A stretch of 64,000 nt of DNA, from positions 160,001-224,000 of the forward strand of contig CAWBOS010000006.1 in NCBI GenBank assembly GCA_963790475.1, written 5' to 3'. Positions 9,500-19,327 of the stretch are shown piece after piece. A program made the position numbers and the translations under genes. Origin of the DNA: an uncultured delta proteobacterium. Lineage in GTDB: Bacteria > Desulfobacterota > RBG-13-43-22. The stretch's first letter is position 1; each line of letters begins with the position of its first letter. Under the pieces are notes generated by a model that saw nothing but the letters and a program-made list of their open reading frames with translations, did no database searches and had not been told where the DNA came from.

Positions 9500-11242
9500 A
9501 TGGTTGTCCCAGCCAAGAAACTTTTTGGGGAGGAAGATTCGGTGAGTAGGGAAAACAACGATACTAGCTTAACTGAGTTAGGAAATAAAAATGACTCTGT
9601 TCAGCTGCCGTTAATTTTTCCCGAAAAGGGCACTGCTTTTGCGTTCTTCCACAAAATACAAAAGGCCATGTCCGGACTGCCCAATTTTATTGAAACCTGT
9701 AAAGGTATTATGGATACGGTTATAGAAGAAATTGATGCCGAAAATTGTTCCCTCATGCTAAAGGACCCCCTTTCCGGTGAATTATCCATTTTTATGGCCC
9801 GCGGGAAAAAGGATACCCAGAGCACTCACTATCCGGGACCTGTTGGTAAAAGAGGGCGGTTTAAATCAGGAGAGGGGATCGCCGGGTGGGTCTTCCAGGA
9901 GGGGTTTTCTTTAATCGTCGGGGATACCGATGTGGAACCTCGTTTCAAAAAAGGGGCAGGGTTAAACAATAATTTAAAATCAATTAGCTGTTTCCCTGTT
10001 CGCGAAAAGGAGGAAATTGTCGGGGTATTTAATATCAGTCATTCCCGATACAAGGCCTTTGGGGAATGGGAACGTATTGCCATGGCCTACGTCGTCAATC
10101 AAATTGGGGCGGCGTTAACGTCGTCTCTTTTTTTCCTCCAGATCAATCAGGTCGATCCCTTTAAAGGGTCTGAATTAAATGGTTCAACGCAGAATCAAGG
10201 GATGGACAATGGCTCGTTTCACCGGATTGGATATGAACCGGTTGAGCAGAATAATGGGGAATTTGTTTTTTCCAGCGAGAAAATGAAACAAATCGAAACC
10301 ATAATCAATCAAATTGCCAATACCAATGTCACTGTTTTTATCGAAGGAGAAAGCGGAGTCGGCAAAGAGGTGGTGGCTCGGGCCATTCATAAGAAATCTT
10401 CCCGAAGGGACAAGCCGTTCATTAAAGTAAACTGCGCGGCTCTCCCCACTGAATTGTTGGAGAGTGAATTGTTTGGATACGAAAAAGGGGCCTTTACCGG
10501 AGCTTATAAGCAAAAGCCCGGGAAATTTGAACTGGCCAACGGTGGGACCATCTTTTTGGATGAAATTGCCGAAATAAAACCATCGCTTCAGGCTAAATTG
10601 CTACAGGTCCTTCAAGACAATGAATTTTCAAGACTGGGAGGGAAGAAGGATATTAAGGTTGATGTGATGATTTTATCGGCGACCAATAAAAATATTCAGG
10701 AAGCTATTAAAAGTGGCGCGTTCCGTGAAGACTTCTATTATCGTTTAAATATCGTCAATATCACTATCCCACCTCTAAGGGAACGGAAAGAAGAAATTCC
10801 TGTTTTAATAGAGCATTTTTTAAATAAATTCGCCACAAAATTCAATGTGAATAGAAAAATTAAATTATCTGACCACGCCCTTAAGACATTGCTCCAATAT
10901 AATTGGCCGGGGAATATTCGGGAACTGGAAAACATGATTCAGAGATTTATTGTCTTGGGTAATGAAGGGGCCATGATCGGGGATTTACCTATGTCTATCC
11001 ACCCTCATGCGGCACAGGTTTCAAAGAAGCCGTCCCCTTTTAAAATTTGGCCGTCCTTGAAAGAAGTTAACCGGCGGGCTGTTCAAAGAGTCGAAACAGA
11101 GGCCATCAAAAAAATATTGGAACATACCTGTTGGAACCGAAGAAAATCGGCCCAACTCTTAAATATCAGTTATAAAACATTATTGCATAAAATGAAAGAG
11201 TGCCAGATTAAAGGGGATTCAGTTATCCCGGAGTTAAGGTAA
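9500..11242 (+). CDS. GAF-domain sigma54 enhancer-binding protein (NifA-like architecture)
   Basis: GAF (GEGIAGWV), [27 protein letters not shown], Fis-type HTH. Confidence 0.92.
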   Translation: MVVPAKKLFGEEDSVSRENNDTSLTELGNKNDSVQLPLIFPEKGTAFAFFHKIQKAMSGLPNFIETCKGIMDTVIEEIDAENCSLMLKDPLSGELSIFMARGKKDTQSTHYPGPVGKRGRFKSGEGIAGWVFQEGFSLIVGDTDVEPRFKKGAGLNNNLKSISCFPVREKEEIVGVFNISHSRYKAFGEWERIAMAYVVNQIGAALTSSLFFLQINQVDPFKGSELNGSTQNQGMDNGSFHRIGYEPVEQNNGEFVFSSEKMKQIETIINQIANTNVTVFIEGESGVGKEVVARAIHKKSSRRDKPFIKVNCAALPTELLESELFGYEKGAFTGAYKQKPGKFELANGGTIFLDEIAEIKPSLQAKLLQVLQDNEFSRLGGKKDIKVDVMILSATNKNIQEAIKSGAFREDFYYRLNIVNITIPPLRERKEEIPVLIEHFLNKFATKFNVNRKIKLSDHALKTLLQYNWPGNIRELENMIQRFIVLGNEGAMIGDLPMSIHPHAAQVSKKPSPFKIWPSLKEVNRRAVQRVETEAIKKILEHTCWNRRKSAQLLNISYKTLLHKMKECQIKGDSVIPELR

Positions 11243-11533
11243 TTGGCTCAGTGACTGAATTTATAAAACACGGGTAATTTATTATCCACTTCATTTTTTT
11301 TCTGTTAACCTATTAAAAATGGGTGGACAGGAGAAGAAAAGTAGATAATAGTTAACCTTTTTACACGTTTGATGTATTTTATTTCCTTTTTTAGAACCAA
11401 AAATACCATTAAAGGGTATGATTTTTCCATTTTTTGATTTGAGATTATTAAAAATGTTCAAAAAATTGAGTTTTATGGTTGTCGTGAACCAATGATTGGC
11501 AAATTAGAAGAAGTTAAGGAGGAAAGGAATCCA

Positions 11534-11791
11534 ATGTCCGTTGAAATGGTTTCTCTGGTTTCTTCACCGGAATCAAATGTATTTGATCTAAAAGAGATAG
11601 GAAGAAAGGCGGCGGAAGCAGCGGAAAGGGAACATATCAGAAACACCTTATCTTATACCAACTGGAATCGAAAGGCTGCGGCTAGGCTGCTTCAAGTCAG
11701 CTATAAGGCTTTACTCTATAAAATTGAAAAATATCATTTAAATGGGTTGCAAAGCCAAAAAGACAGGGAACAACAAGGAGTGAAAAGATGA
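11534..11791 (+). CDS. Stand-alone Fis-type HTH protein
   Basis: EREHIRNTLSYTNWNRKAAARLLQVSYKALLYKI; ATG after AAGGA (alternative start 11492). Confidence 0.8.
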   Translation: MSVEMVSLVSSPESNVFDLKEIGRKAAEAAEREHIRNTLSYTNWNRKAAARLLQVSYKALLYKIEKYHLNGLQSQKDREQQGVKR

Positions 11792-12429
11792 AATTCCGTA
11801 TATTAAGAATAGGGCTATCGATCATACTGATTGTATCAAGTCTTTTCATTACCCGGAGTTTTGTAATCGCTCAAAATGAAAAGGAAGTTTCAGCAAAATC
11901 CACTGCTCCGTCCCCGGTCCCGTTACCGGTCCCGCCGGACAGCGACAAATATTTAATCGGACCGGAAGATGTCCTTTTTATACAGGTGTGGAAAGAAGAT
12001 CAGTTATCTCAACAGGTAATGGTCAGGGCCGACGGTAAAATCTCCTTGCCTCTCATTGATGAGATCCAGGCTGCCGGTTTGACCCCCTTGCAATTGAAAG
12101 AAGTATTGACTCAGAAATTCAAACAGTTTGTCGAGACCCCCATTGTTACGGTCATGGTTCGTGAAGCCAAAAGTTTCAAGGTTTACATCGGCGGACAGGT
12201 GGCCAAGCCGGGTGTTTATACCCTGGTTGAGGAAATCACCCTCCTCCAGCTTATTCCATTGGCCGGCGGATTTACCGAATGGGCCAATCAACGAAAGATC
12301 CTCCTGGTCCGCAAAGAGGGAGGGCAGGAAAAGCGAATTACGATTAATTATAAAAAAATCATCTCCGGAGAGGATCTGAGCAGCAATGTGATACTTAAAC
12401 CCGGGGATACCATCATTGTACCGGACTGA
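11788..12429 (+). CDS. wza: Polysaccharide export protein (Wza/OPX family)
   Basis: Signal peptide, YLIGPEDVL..VRADGKISLPLI, SLBB domain LKPGDTIIVP. Confidence 0.9.
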   Translation: MKFRILRIGLSIILIVSSLFITRSFVIAQNEKEVSAKSTAPSPVPLPVPPDSDKYLIGPEDVLFIQVWKEDQLSQQVMVRADGKISLPLIDEIQAAGLTPLQLKEVLTQKFKQFVETPIVTVMVREAKSFKVYIGGQVAKPGVYTLVEEITLLQLIPLAGGFTEWANQRKILLVRKEGGQEKRITINYKKIISGEDLSSNVILKPGDTIIVPD

Positions 12430-12440
12430 TCCGGTCATCA

Positions 12441-12664
12441 GGTTATTGGGTTGCTTGGGTCTATTGGGTTAAGGGCTGCCGGGTTAAGGGTTACTGGAGT
12501 TTGTTGAGTTGAGTTAGTTTAAAGCTGATAACTTTTAGGGGGAGCAAGAGAGAATTTTTTGGTTTGATCGGTTTAGAATCCAACAAACTCAAGAAACTCA
12601 ATAACTCAAGTAACCAAACTAACACAAGCAACTCAAGTTAATCAATTAACCCAACAAACACAAG
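12441..12664. repeat. 8/9-mer repeat hairpin (GGGTTATT/GAGTTTGTT array then AACTCAAG/AACCCAAC array)
   Basis: GT-rich degenerate array followed by complementary CA-rich array. Confidence 0.85.
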
Positions 12665-12677
12665 GGGGGAAACCGGA

Positions 12678-13963
12678 ATGAAACTTAGAAAAGCGGAGTG
12701 GATAATGGGCTGGGTCGGGGTGCTGGTTCTGACGGTTGTTCCAACCGCCTTTGGGGCCGTGGAGGGACAGCTTTACGGATTCCATCCCTACATCAGCCTC
12801 CAAGGGGAATATAACGATAACATTTTCCTTACTCAGGATAACGCTAAAGCGGACTTCATCACCTCGGTTTACCCTGGTTTGAAATATACGACCAGGGGAG
12901 CAGGCTATAACTTCGAATTGGACTACAAGCTGGGACTGAATTTTTATGCTTCGGAATCGCAAAACAACTATATCAGTCACGATGGCCGGTTGACCACGGA
13001 TTATTCCTTCGATCCCCATTGGACGGTCCGGCTTAACGACGCGCTGACCCGGTCCCGGGAGGGGATTGAAAGTTACACAACCACAACACCTGCCGGCCAG
13101 CAGACCAATGTTGTTTCCAACCCCGGTGAGAAATTTATATTTGCGTCATATCTTTGAACCGGCATTAGAGTATAAATTCGGAAAAGAGGACCTGGTTGCG
13201 CTCCAGTATCGCAACATGATTTATCGGGTCGATGAAGGGGCCGGGGAAGACAGTACGGAAAACTCCATCGCTCCCCGTCTGGCCTACTGGTTCAATATCC
13301 GCAATGGGATTACCCTGGACTATACCTATTCTACTGCCCAATTCCAGACGCAACCCGACTGGGTGGGGAATACCGTGGCCGGAAAATACCTCTATCGTTT
13401 TAACCCCCGGACCATGGTTTTTGGGGCTTACAGCTATTCTATAATAGATTTTAAAGCTCCGGGGATTGATTATACGGTCCATTCTCCAAGCATCGGGGTG
13501 GAACATGCCTTCAGCTCCACCCTGAACGGCCGGGCCAGTTTAGGCTGGTTCTGGCAGGTGATGGATACGGGCTCTTCTTTCAATGGACCGGTTTATAACT
13601 TGTCAATAAGTCAGCGCTTCCAAAGAACCGATTATACAGTTGGCCCTGGAAGGTGGCTATCGGGAACAGTACTTCACCGTAGATAACCTGGGTTTTTCCA
13701 GGTATAACCAGGCCAGTGTTAGTGTGAACCACAAGCTTCGCGAGAGGATGTCCGTGGGGTTGACCGGGACCGTTTCGCGGGATGAGTACCAGAATCCCGA
13801 CCGTACTGATTTGACTTGGGGGCTGACAGGTAACTTTTCCTACCAACCCCTCAAATGGCTGACTGTTTCTTTGGGGGCCTCAACGTATGCAAGAGATTCG
13901 GACTTGAACGGAAACAGCTATCATGAGAACAGGGTGTTTTTGAAATTCATGGCGGAATATTAA
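12678..13963 (+). CDS. Outer-membrane beta-barrel of EPS export systems, split by two +1 frameshifts (~13125, ~13640)
   Basis: Three overlapping ORFs join into one barrel: signal peptide, EYNDNIF..DFITSVYPG, C-terminal YHENRVFLKFMAEY. Confidence 0.8.
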
Positions 13964-13966
13964 AAA

Positions 13967-14147
13967 GTTTATTGAGTTCATTGAGTTTGTTGGGTTCATT
14001 GAGTTACTTAAGTTGCTTGTGTTTTTGACTTTCATATCCCTGAACCCTATAAGGCAATGAACCCCAATAAACCCAATAAACCCAAAAGACCCAACAAACC
14101 AAACAGAAATGACCAAACAGACTAAATGACAAGACAAACTAAACAGA
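13967..14147. repeat. 9-mer repeat hairpin (GTTTATTGA-type then ACCCAATAA/ACCAAACAG-type)
   Basis: gtttattga gttcattga gtttgttgg gttcattga ... aacccaata aacccaaaa gacccaaca .. gaccaaaca gactaaat. Confidence 0.88.
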
Positions 14148-14160
14148 TGGAGAGTTATCA

Positions 14161-15645
14161 ATGATCAATTCCCAAAAATCTTTCAATCTTCACTCTTATA
14201 TAGATATCTTCCTCAAGCGGATCTGGTATTTTATCATCCCCCTGGTCTTAGTGGTTTCCGGTACCGTCGCTTACTTGATAACCACCCCCAAATGGTACCG
14301 ATCCAGCACGCTGGTCCTGGTTTCTCCGCAGAAGATCCCCCAGGACTACGTCAAGGCCACTGTGACCTCCACTGTAGCAGACCGGCTCCAGTCCATAGCT
14401 CAAGAGATCCTGAGCCGGACCCGCCTGGAGCAGGTGATTTCGGAGAATAAGCTTTATCCGGAAAAGGTGAAATCCTGGCCCATGGAGGCCGTGGTGGAAG
14501 CCATGCGCAAGGACATCATCATTGATGTCCCTAATGAGAGAGAAAAAGAGCAAAACCACTTTTCCATTTCCTATATCGGCAAGGACCCCAAAGTGGTGGC
14601 CTCAGTGACCGGTAAATTGGCTTCCCTCTTTATTGAAGAAAACCTGAAAATTCGGGAGCAGCAGGCCCAGGGAACAACGGAATTCCTGGAATCCGAGCTA
14701 AAAACCAATAAAGAGAAAGTGGATCAGGCCCAAATGGCGATCAGCTCTTTCAAAAGACAATTTATCAATGAATTACCGGAAAACAGAGACGCCAACTTAA
14801 AAATCCTGGAACAACTTCGTACCCAGAGCCAGAAAATAAACGAATCCATCAAAGGGCTCGAGGATCGGAAATTGATTATCCAAAGTCAGTTGGCCAACAT
14901 GCCCTATCTTGGGGAAGCGACCACCCGCCCCGGCTCTTCAACGGCAGGACTGGCTGATTCGTCAGCGGGCAAGCCGCCGATGGTACTGCAATTGAGCCAG
15001 TTAAAAAGTCAGTTGGAAAGTCTGCAAGCCACCTATACGAATAATCACCCCGACATCATTGTTACTAAAAAGAAGATCGCCGACCTGGAAAAGAAGCTGG
15101 CCGAAGGGCTCAGTGATGCTAAAAAAGGCAAGGGGGGGGACCCGGCCACTGACCAGTACAATTATATCCAAGAGGAGAGGAAAAACCAACTGCCTCTGAT
15201 AGACAAAGAAATAAGCCGGTTGAGGAAAGAGGATGAACGAACCCGCACTATGATAGCCGGCTACCAGGCCCGGATTGAGAATACTCCCATTCGAGAGTTG
15301 GGCCTGAGCACCAAAATTCAGGATTTCAACAACGTCAACGAAAGCTATCAGGTTTTACTCAAGAAGAATGCTGAAGCCCAGCAGGCCGAAAACCTGGAGC
15401 GCCGTCAGAAAGGGGAACAATTCCGGATTATCGATCCGGCGCGGGTTCCTGAAAAGCCTTTTAAGCCGGACATCCCCAAGGTGCTGGCCATCGGCTTGGC
15501 CCTGGGTCTCGGATTGGGTTTGGCCTTGACTTTTGTCCGGGAGCAGATGGATCGCTCTTTCCGGGATGCGGAAGATCTGGAAACGACTTTAGGATTAAAA
15601 GTCTTGGTCAGCATTCCGAAGATAGAAAAAGAAGCAACGGCCTAA
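14161..15645 (+). CDS. Polysaccharide chain-length determinant (Wzz/Wzc N-terminal, PCP family)
   Basis: Two TM segments, ILSRTRLE, YTNNHPDI, FRIIDPARVPEKPFKP. Confidence 0.9.
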   Translation: MINSQKSFNLHSYIDIFLKRIWYFIIPLVLVVSGTVAYLITTPKWYRSSTLVLVSPQKIPQDYVKATVTSTVADRLQSIAQEILSRTRLEQVISENKLYPEKVKSWPMEAVVEAMRKDIIIDVPNEREKEQNHFSISYIGKDPKVVASVTGKLASLFIEENLKIREQQAQGTTEFLESELKTNKEKVDQAQMAISSFKRQFINELPENRDANLKILEQLRTQSQKINESIKGLEDRKLIIQSQLANMPYLGEATTRPGSSTAGLADSSAGKPPMVLQLSQLKSQLESLQATYTNNHPDIIVTKKKIADLEKKLAEGLSDAKKGKGGDPATDQYNYIQEERKNQLPLIDKEISRLRKEDERTRTMIAGYQARIENTPIRELGLSTKIQDFNNVNESYQVLLKKNAEAQQAENLERRQKGEQFRIIDPARVPEKPFKPDIPKVLAIGLALGLGLGLALTFVREQMDRSFRDAEDLETTLGLKVLVSIPKIEKEATA

Positions 15646-15662
15646 TAGCTATGAGCTAACGC

Positions 15663-16595
15663 ATGTATACAAATTTTTATAATTTAAAAGAAAGACCTTT
15701 TGAGATAACCCCCGATCCTGATTTTCTCTTCCTCAGCGAAAGTCATCGGGAAGCCTTGGCTCACTTGGTTTATTCGGCCAGAGAACGAAAGGGATTTACG
15801 GTAATTACCGGAGAAGTGGGGACAGGCAAGACCACCCTGGTCCAAGCCTTTTTAAGCCAACTTAACGGGAAGGTAAAAACAGCCTATATATTCAATCCAA
15901 AATTAACATCCATAGATTTTCTACGCTATATCTGTGAGGATTTTGGGTTGAAGGAAGAAAAACATTCTAAAGGGCAATACATCGGCCAGTTGCACAATTT
16001 TTTACTGGAGCATTACAGCCGGGATGAACAGGTGATTTTGATAATTGACGAGGCACAAAGTCTTCCTCCGGCCTTATTGGAGGAAGTTCGTCTGCTGACC
16101 AACCTGGAAACCCCCAAGAGTAAGCTTTTGCAGGTCATACTGGTTGGACAGCCGGAACTGGATACTGTCTTGAACAGTCATCAATTCCGCCAATTAAAGC
16201 AGAGGGTTAGCCTTCGCTATCACATATTTCCTTTGGACGAAGAGGACACCAGAAAGTACATTGAAAAAAGGTTGATTAGTGCCGGGGCAATAGACCCCCA
16301 TATTTTCACGGCCAAGGCCCTTGAAAAAATTTACAGCTATTCCGGGGGGATCCCCAGATTGATCAATATTATCAGTGACAATGCCCTATTGGCCGGATAT
16401 TCCGAAAGCAAGAAAATTATCGGACCTAAAATGATTAAAGAGGCCGCCCAAAAGTTGGAAAGCCGGCCGAGGTCAAAAGAAAAGAAAAGAAAACGAGTTT
16501 TGACCCGGATTCTCTTCCTGATGGTTATTATCACCCTGATCGTGATTTCTTATTGGGCTTGGCCCCGAATCGGTGGAATAACCTTTCGATTTTGA
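15663..16595 (+). CDS. ExeA/GspA-like AAA ATPase of the XrtA-associated type
   Basis: PFEITPDP, GEVGTGKT, IIDEAQ, LVGQPEL, SGGIPRLIN, C-terminal TM. Confidence 0.9.
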   Translation: MYTNFYNLKERPFEITPDPDFLFLSESHREALAHLVYSARERKGFTVITGEVGTGKTTLVQAFLSQLNGKVKTAYIFNPKLTSIDFLRYICEDFGLKEEKHSKGQYIGQLHNFLLEHYSRDEQVILIIDEAQSLPPALLEEVRLLTNLETPKSKLLQVILVGQPELDTVLNSHQFRQLKQRVSLRYHIFPLDEEDTRKYIEKRLISAGAIDPHIFTAKALEKIYSYSGGIPRLINIISDNALLAGYSESKKIIGPKMIKEAAQKLESRPRSKEKKRKRVLTRILFLMVIITLIVISYWAWPRIGGITFRF

Positions 16596-16684
16596 AAAAT
16601 GAATAAGGTATTGAATTAAAGGAAAAAGAAATAACCCGAAGAATAGAAGGATTGTAACTCGTCCGGTGTTTGAAAAATAATTAT

Positions 16685-16882
16685 TGTTCACCGCAAAGGC
16701 ACAAAGAACGCAGAGTGAATCATTATTGTTCAATCCCGTGAGAGGCGGGATTAAACAAAACAGATCTGGCCTCCAGCCAAATAATTACCTGGAGGTAGCG
16801 AAGGTTTTTTCGATTGCCGGCCTCTCACTGGCAATCGACAAAAGTACTTCTTGGCGCCCTCTGCGCCTTTGCGGTGAAAACA
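16685..16882. mobile_element. Palindromic MITE/REP-like element with two internal hairpins
   Basis: Terminal inverted repeats TTCACCGCAAAGGCACAAAG / CTCTGCGCCTTTGCGGTGAA; internal stems at 16726-16758 and 16811-16837. Confidence 0.7.
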
Positions 16883-16920
16883 GTTATTACAAAAAGATAA
16901 ATTGATAAAAGGATTGATCA

Positions 16921-17757
16921 ATGAGTCATATTTATGAGGCGCTGGAAAAAGCGGAGCAAGAGAGAAATAAACAAATGGTAAAGGAAAAAGAGATAGAGAG
17001 TCCTAGACCTTCCAAGGAGGTTATCAGCCTGCCTTCCACGCAGTTTGATGTACCCTCTTTCCCTCTTTTTCAAACAGGGTCTCTGGCCGCGGAACAATTT
17101 CGAAAACTCAGGACTTTCCTGATCAAGAAGGATCCCCTGAAAACGGTTATGGTGACCAGTGCCCTCCAGGGAGAGGGGAAAACATTTGTTGCCTCCAATC
17201 TAGCGGTCGGGATTGCCTTTGACCTCCATCTCCATGCCTTATTGGTTGACTGTGATTTAAGGAATCCTTCCCTGGGAGAACACTTTGGGCTGACCGATGG
17301 AAAAGGGCTGTCGGATTTTCTGGTAGGCGAGGAATCGATTCCCGATCTGATAAACCATACCAAACTGGAAAGACTTACCTTGATATCGGGAGGCAGCATC
17401 CCGGTTAATCCGGCTGAATTGGTGGGATCCAAGAAGATGGAGGCCATGGTTGAGGAAATCAAAAACAGGTATGACGATCGCTACATCATCTTTGACACTA
17501 CGCCAATCCTGGCGACCTCCGAACCGGAGATTTTGACCAAATTAGTGGACGGGATCATCCTGGTAGTTCGGGCCGGGTTTACCCCCAGAGAAACCGTTCA
17601 ACAGGCGATCAATCTCATAGGAAAAGAGAAACTCCTGGGGGTCATATTAAACCAGGTAGAATTTAAATCTTCGGGCCTTTTCAAAAAGTATTTCGGTTCA
17701 AATGATTATTATAATTCTTATGGATATGGATACGGTTATAGAAGAGAAAAGAAGTGA
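16921..17757 (+). CDS. BY-kinase (CpsD/CapB family tyrosine autokinase)
   Basis: MSHIYEALEKA, EQFRKLRT, Walker A GEGKT, DCDLR, DTTP, C-terminal Tyr cluster DYYNSYGYGYGY. Confidence 0.93.
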   Translation: MSHIYEALEKAEQERNKQMVKEKEIESPRPSKEVISLPSTQFDVPSFPLFQTGSLAAEQFRKLRTFLIKKDPLKTVMVTSALQGEGKTFVASNLAVGIAFDLHLHALLVDCDLRNPSLGEHFGLTDGKGLSDFLVGEESIPDLINHTKLERLTLISGGSIPVNPAELVGSKKMEAMVEEIKNRYDDRYIIFDTTPILATSEPEILTKLVDGIILVVRAGFTPRETVQQAINLIGKEKLLGVILNQVEFKSSGLFKKYFGSNDYYNSYGYGYGYRREKK

Positions 17758-17910
17758 AAGGTAAAAGGGGAAAGGTGAAAGGCAGGTTTTTCATAATTCA
17801 CATTTTACATTTAACATTTCCCCAGTCATGTTTTGCACTTTGCATTTTGAACTTTGAAATTTGAATTGTTCGGTTCTTTTAACCTTTAACCTTTTGCATT
17901 TTGCACTTAA
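17755..17910. repeat. Mixed 7-mer repeat tract/hairpin (AAAGGTG...TTTAACC; TTGCATT, TTTGAA)
   Basis: tgaaagg taaaagg ggaaagg tgaaagg ... ttttgca ctttgca ttttgaa ctttgaa ... tttaacc tttaacc. Confidence 0.8.
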
Positions 17911-17924
17911 AATTATTGGTTAGG

Positions 17925-19166
17925 ATGCTTTTTGTATCCGAAGGAGCGGTAGCTCAAGCAAAAGTCATGAAAAAGATTATTACCGGTTCAAATTTAGATG
18001 GAAAACAAGAGGCTTTGCCTGATGAGGCGGTAGGGATGACCCGTTATCAGGTGATGGAAAAAATTCCATTTGAAGTCCATCAAAAAAAGACCCTTTCGGT
18101 AGACTATAGTTGGGTTGATGATTGCTTTTTGTCTCCCGACGATTTCAGGTTGCAATTACGAAGAGAAAAACGACGGGTCGAACGTTCTTCGGCGCCTTTG
18201 TCCATTGTCCTTTTTCAACTCAATGAATCGGTATTGAGCAATAAATTTCAACTTAAGAATTTTTTGGATTCTGTCAGGACCAGGACCCGGGAAACGGATA
18301 TCAAAGGCTGGGTGGACGCAAAAACTATCGGTATGATTCTTCCGGATACCAACGGCGAAAATGTGAATAAATGCGTTAATTTGGTAACACGGGGGACTGA
18401 CCAGCGCCATTTTTCCATCATTAAAGGGAGTTTTCCTGATTCCCTTTTTGAAGAATTACTCGATGAATCAAAAACCGCCCCTGATCTTTTCCCCTTTGAA
18501 CTGGATTATATTTCAACAGGTCGGAGCGCAGCTCATTTTTTCAAAAGGTGTTTTGATATATTCGGCGCTCTGGTAGGGTTGGTCCTTTTTTCTCCGCTGA
18601 TAGCCTTGACGGCCCTGGCCATCAAGATAACTTCTCCGGGTCCCGTTATCTTTAAGCAAACCCGTCTGGGCTGCAGAGGATGCCGCTTCCCCTTTTATAA
18701 ATTCCGGTCCATGTTTGTGGAAAATGATGACCGTTGTCATAGGGAATTTGTAGCCGAGTTAATCGAGGGCAAGCATGAAGCCCTTAATCAAGGAGATAGC
18801 CAGCAGCCATGTTTTAAAATAAAAAATGATCATCGTATTACCCCGGTCGGCAGAATTATTCGCCGGCTCAGCTTAGATGAACTTCCTCAGTTCTTCAATG
18901 TCTTGAAAGGGGAAATGAGTTTGGTGGGACCAAGGCCCCCGATTCCTTATGAAGTGGAAAAATATAAACCTTGGCATCTTCGTCGAATTCTGGAAATAAA
19001 ACCGGGAATCACCGGGCTTTGGCAGGTGGATGGAAGAAGCCGGACCTCTTTCGATGAGATGGTTCGCCTCGACCTCCGTTATTTGATGACCTGGTCATTC
19101 TGGTTGGATATAAAGATTTTATTCAAAACAATCAAAGCGGTTCTGGAAACCAAAGGGGCCGTATAA
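17925..19166 (+). CDS. Priming sugar (phosphoglycosyl) transferase with N-terminal degenerate GGDEF-like domain
   Basis: KRCFDI, YKFRSM, RITPVG..SLDELPQFFNVLKGEMSLVGPRP, KPGITGLWQV; exact start uncertain. Confidence 0.9.
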   Translation: MLFVSEGAVAQAKVMKKIITGSNLDGKQEALPDEAVGMTRYQVMEKIPFEVHQKKTLSVDYSWVDDCFLSPDDFRLQLRREKRRVERSSAPLSIVLFQLNESVLSNKFQLKNFLDSVRTRTRETDIKGWVDAKTIGMILPDTNGENVNKCVNLVTRGTDQRHFSIIKGSFPDSLFEELLDESKTAPDLFPFELDYISTGRSAAHFFKRCFDIFGALVGLVLFSPLIALTALAIKITSPGPVIFKQTRLGCRGCRFPFYKFRSMFVENDDRCHREFVAELIEGKHEALNQGDSQQPCFKIKNDHRITPVGRIIRRLSLDELPQFFNVLKGEMSLVGPRPPIPYEVEKYKPWHLRRILEIKPGITGLWQVDGRSRTSFDEMVRLDLRYLMTWSFWLDIKILFKTIKAVLETKGAV

Positions 19167-19172
19167 TAAGGT

Positions 19173-19314
19173 GAGAACTTTGAAAAATGTTCAATTTTGT
19201 TCAAGGTCAAGGAAGCCGAAAATTTTAACCACAGGAATACATTTAGTATTTCGAGGATTAAAATTTGAGTCTGACGTAGAGATTGGACCAAAGGGGACGT
19301 TTTCCTAAGGTCTC
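19173..19314. mobile_element. ~140 bp MITE-like element
   Basis: Imperfect terminal inverted repeats GAGAACTTTGAAAAATGTTC / GGACGTTTTCCTAAGGTCTC and an internal palindrome AAATTTTAACC..GGATTAAAATTT. Confidence 0.65.
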
Positions 19315-19327
19315 AAGGGGGGATAAC

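Noticed and set aside
13100-13660. Programmed ribosomal frameshifting in the barrel gene
   Set aside because: No slippery heptamer; two shifts in one gene; same +1 pattern elsewhere suggests errors
13880-14161. Hydrophobic minus-strand ORF (also ORFs 16684-16905 and 4282-4512 as whole genes)
   Set aside because: Translations of repeat or MITE sequence rather than genes
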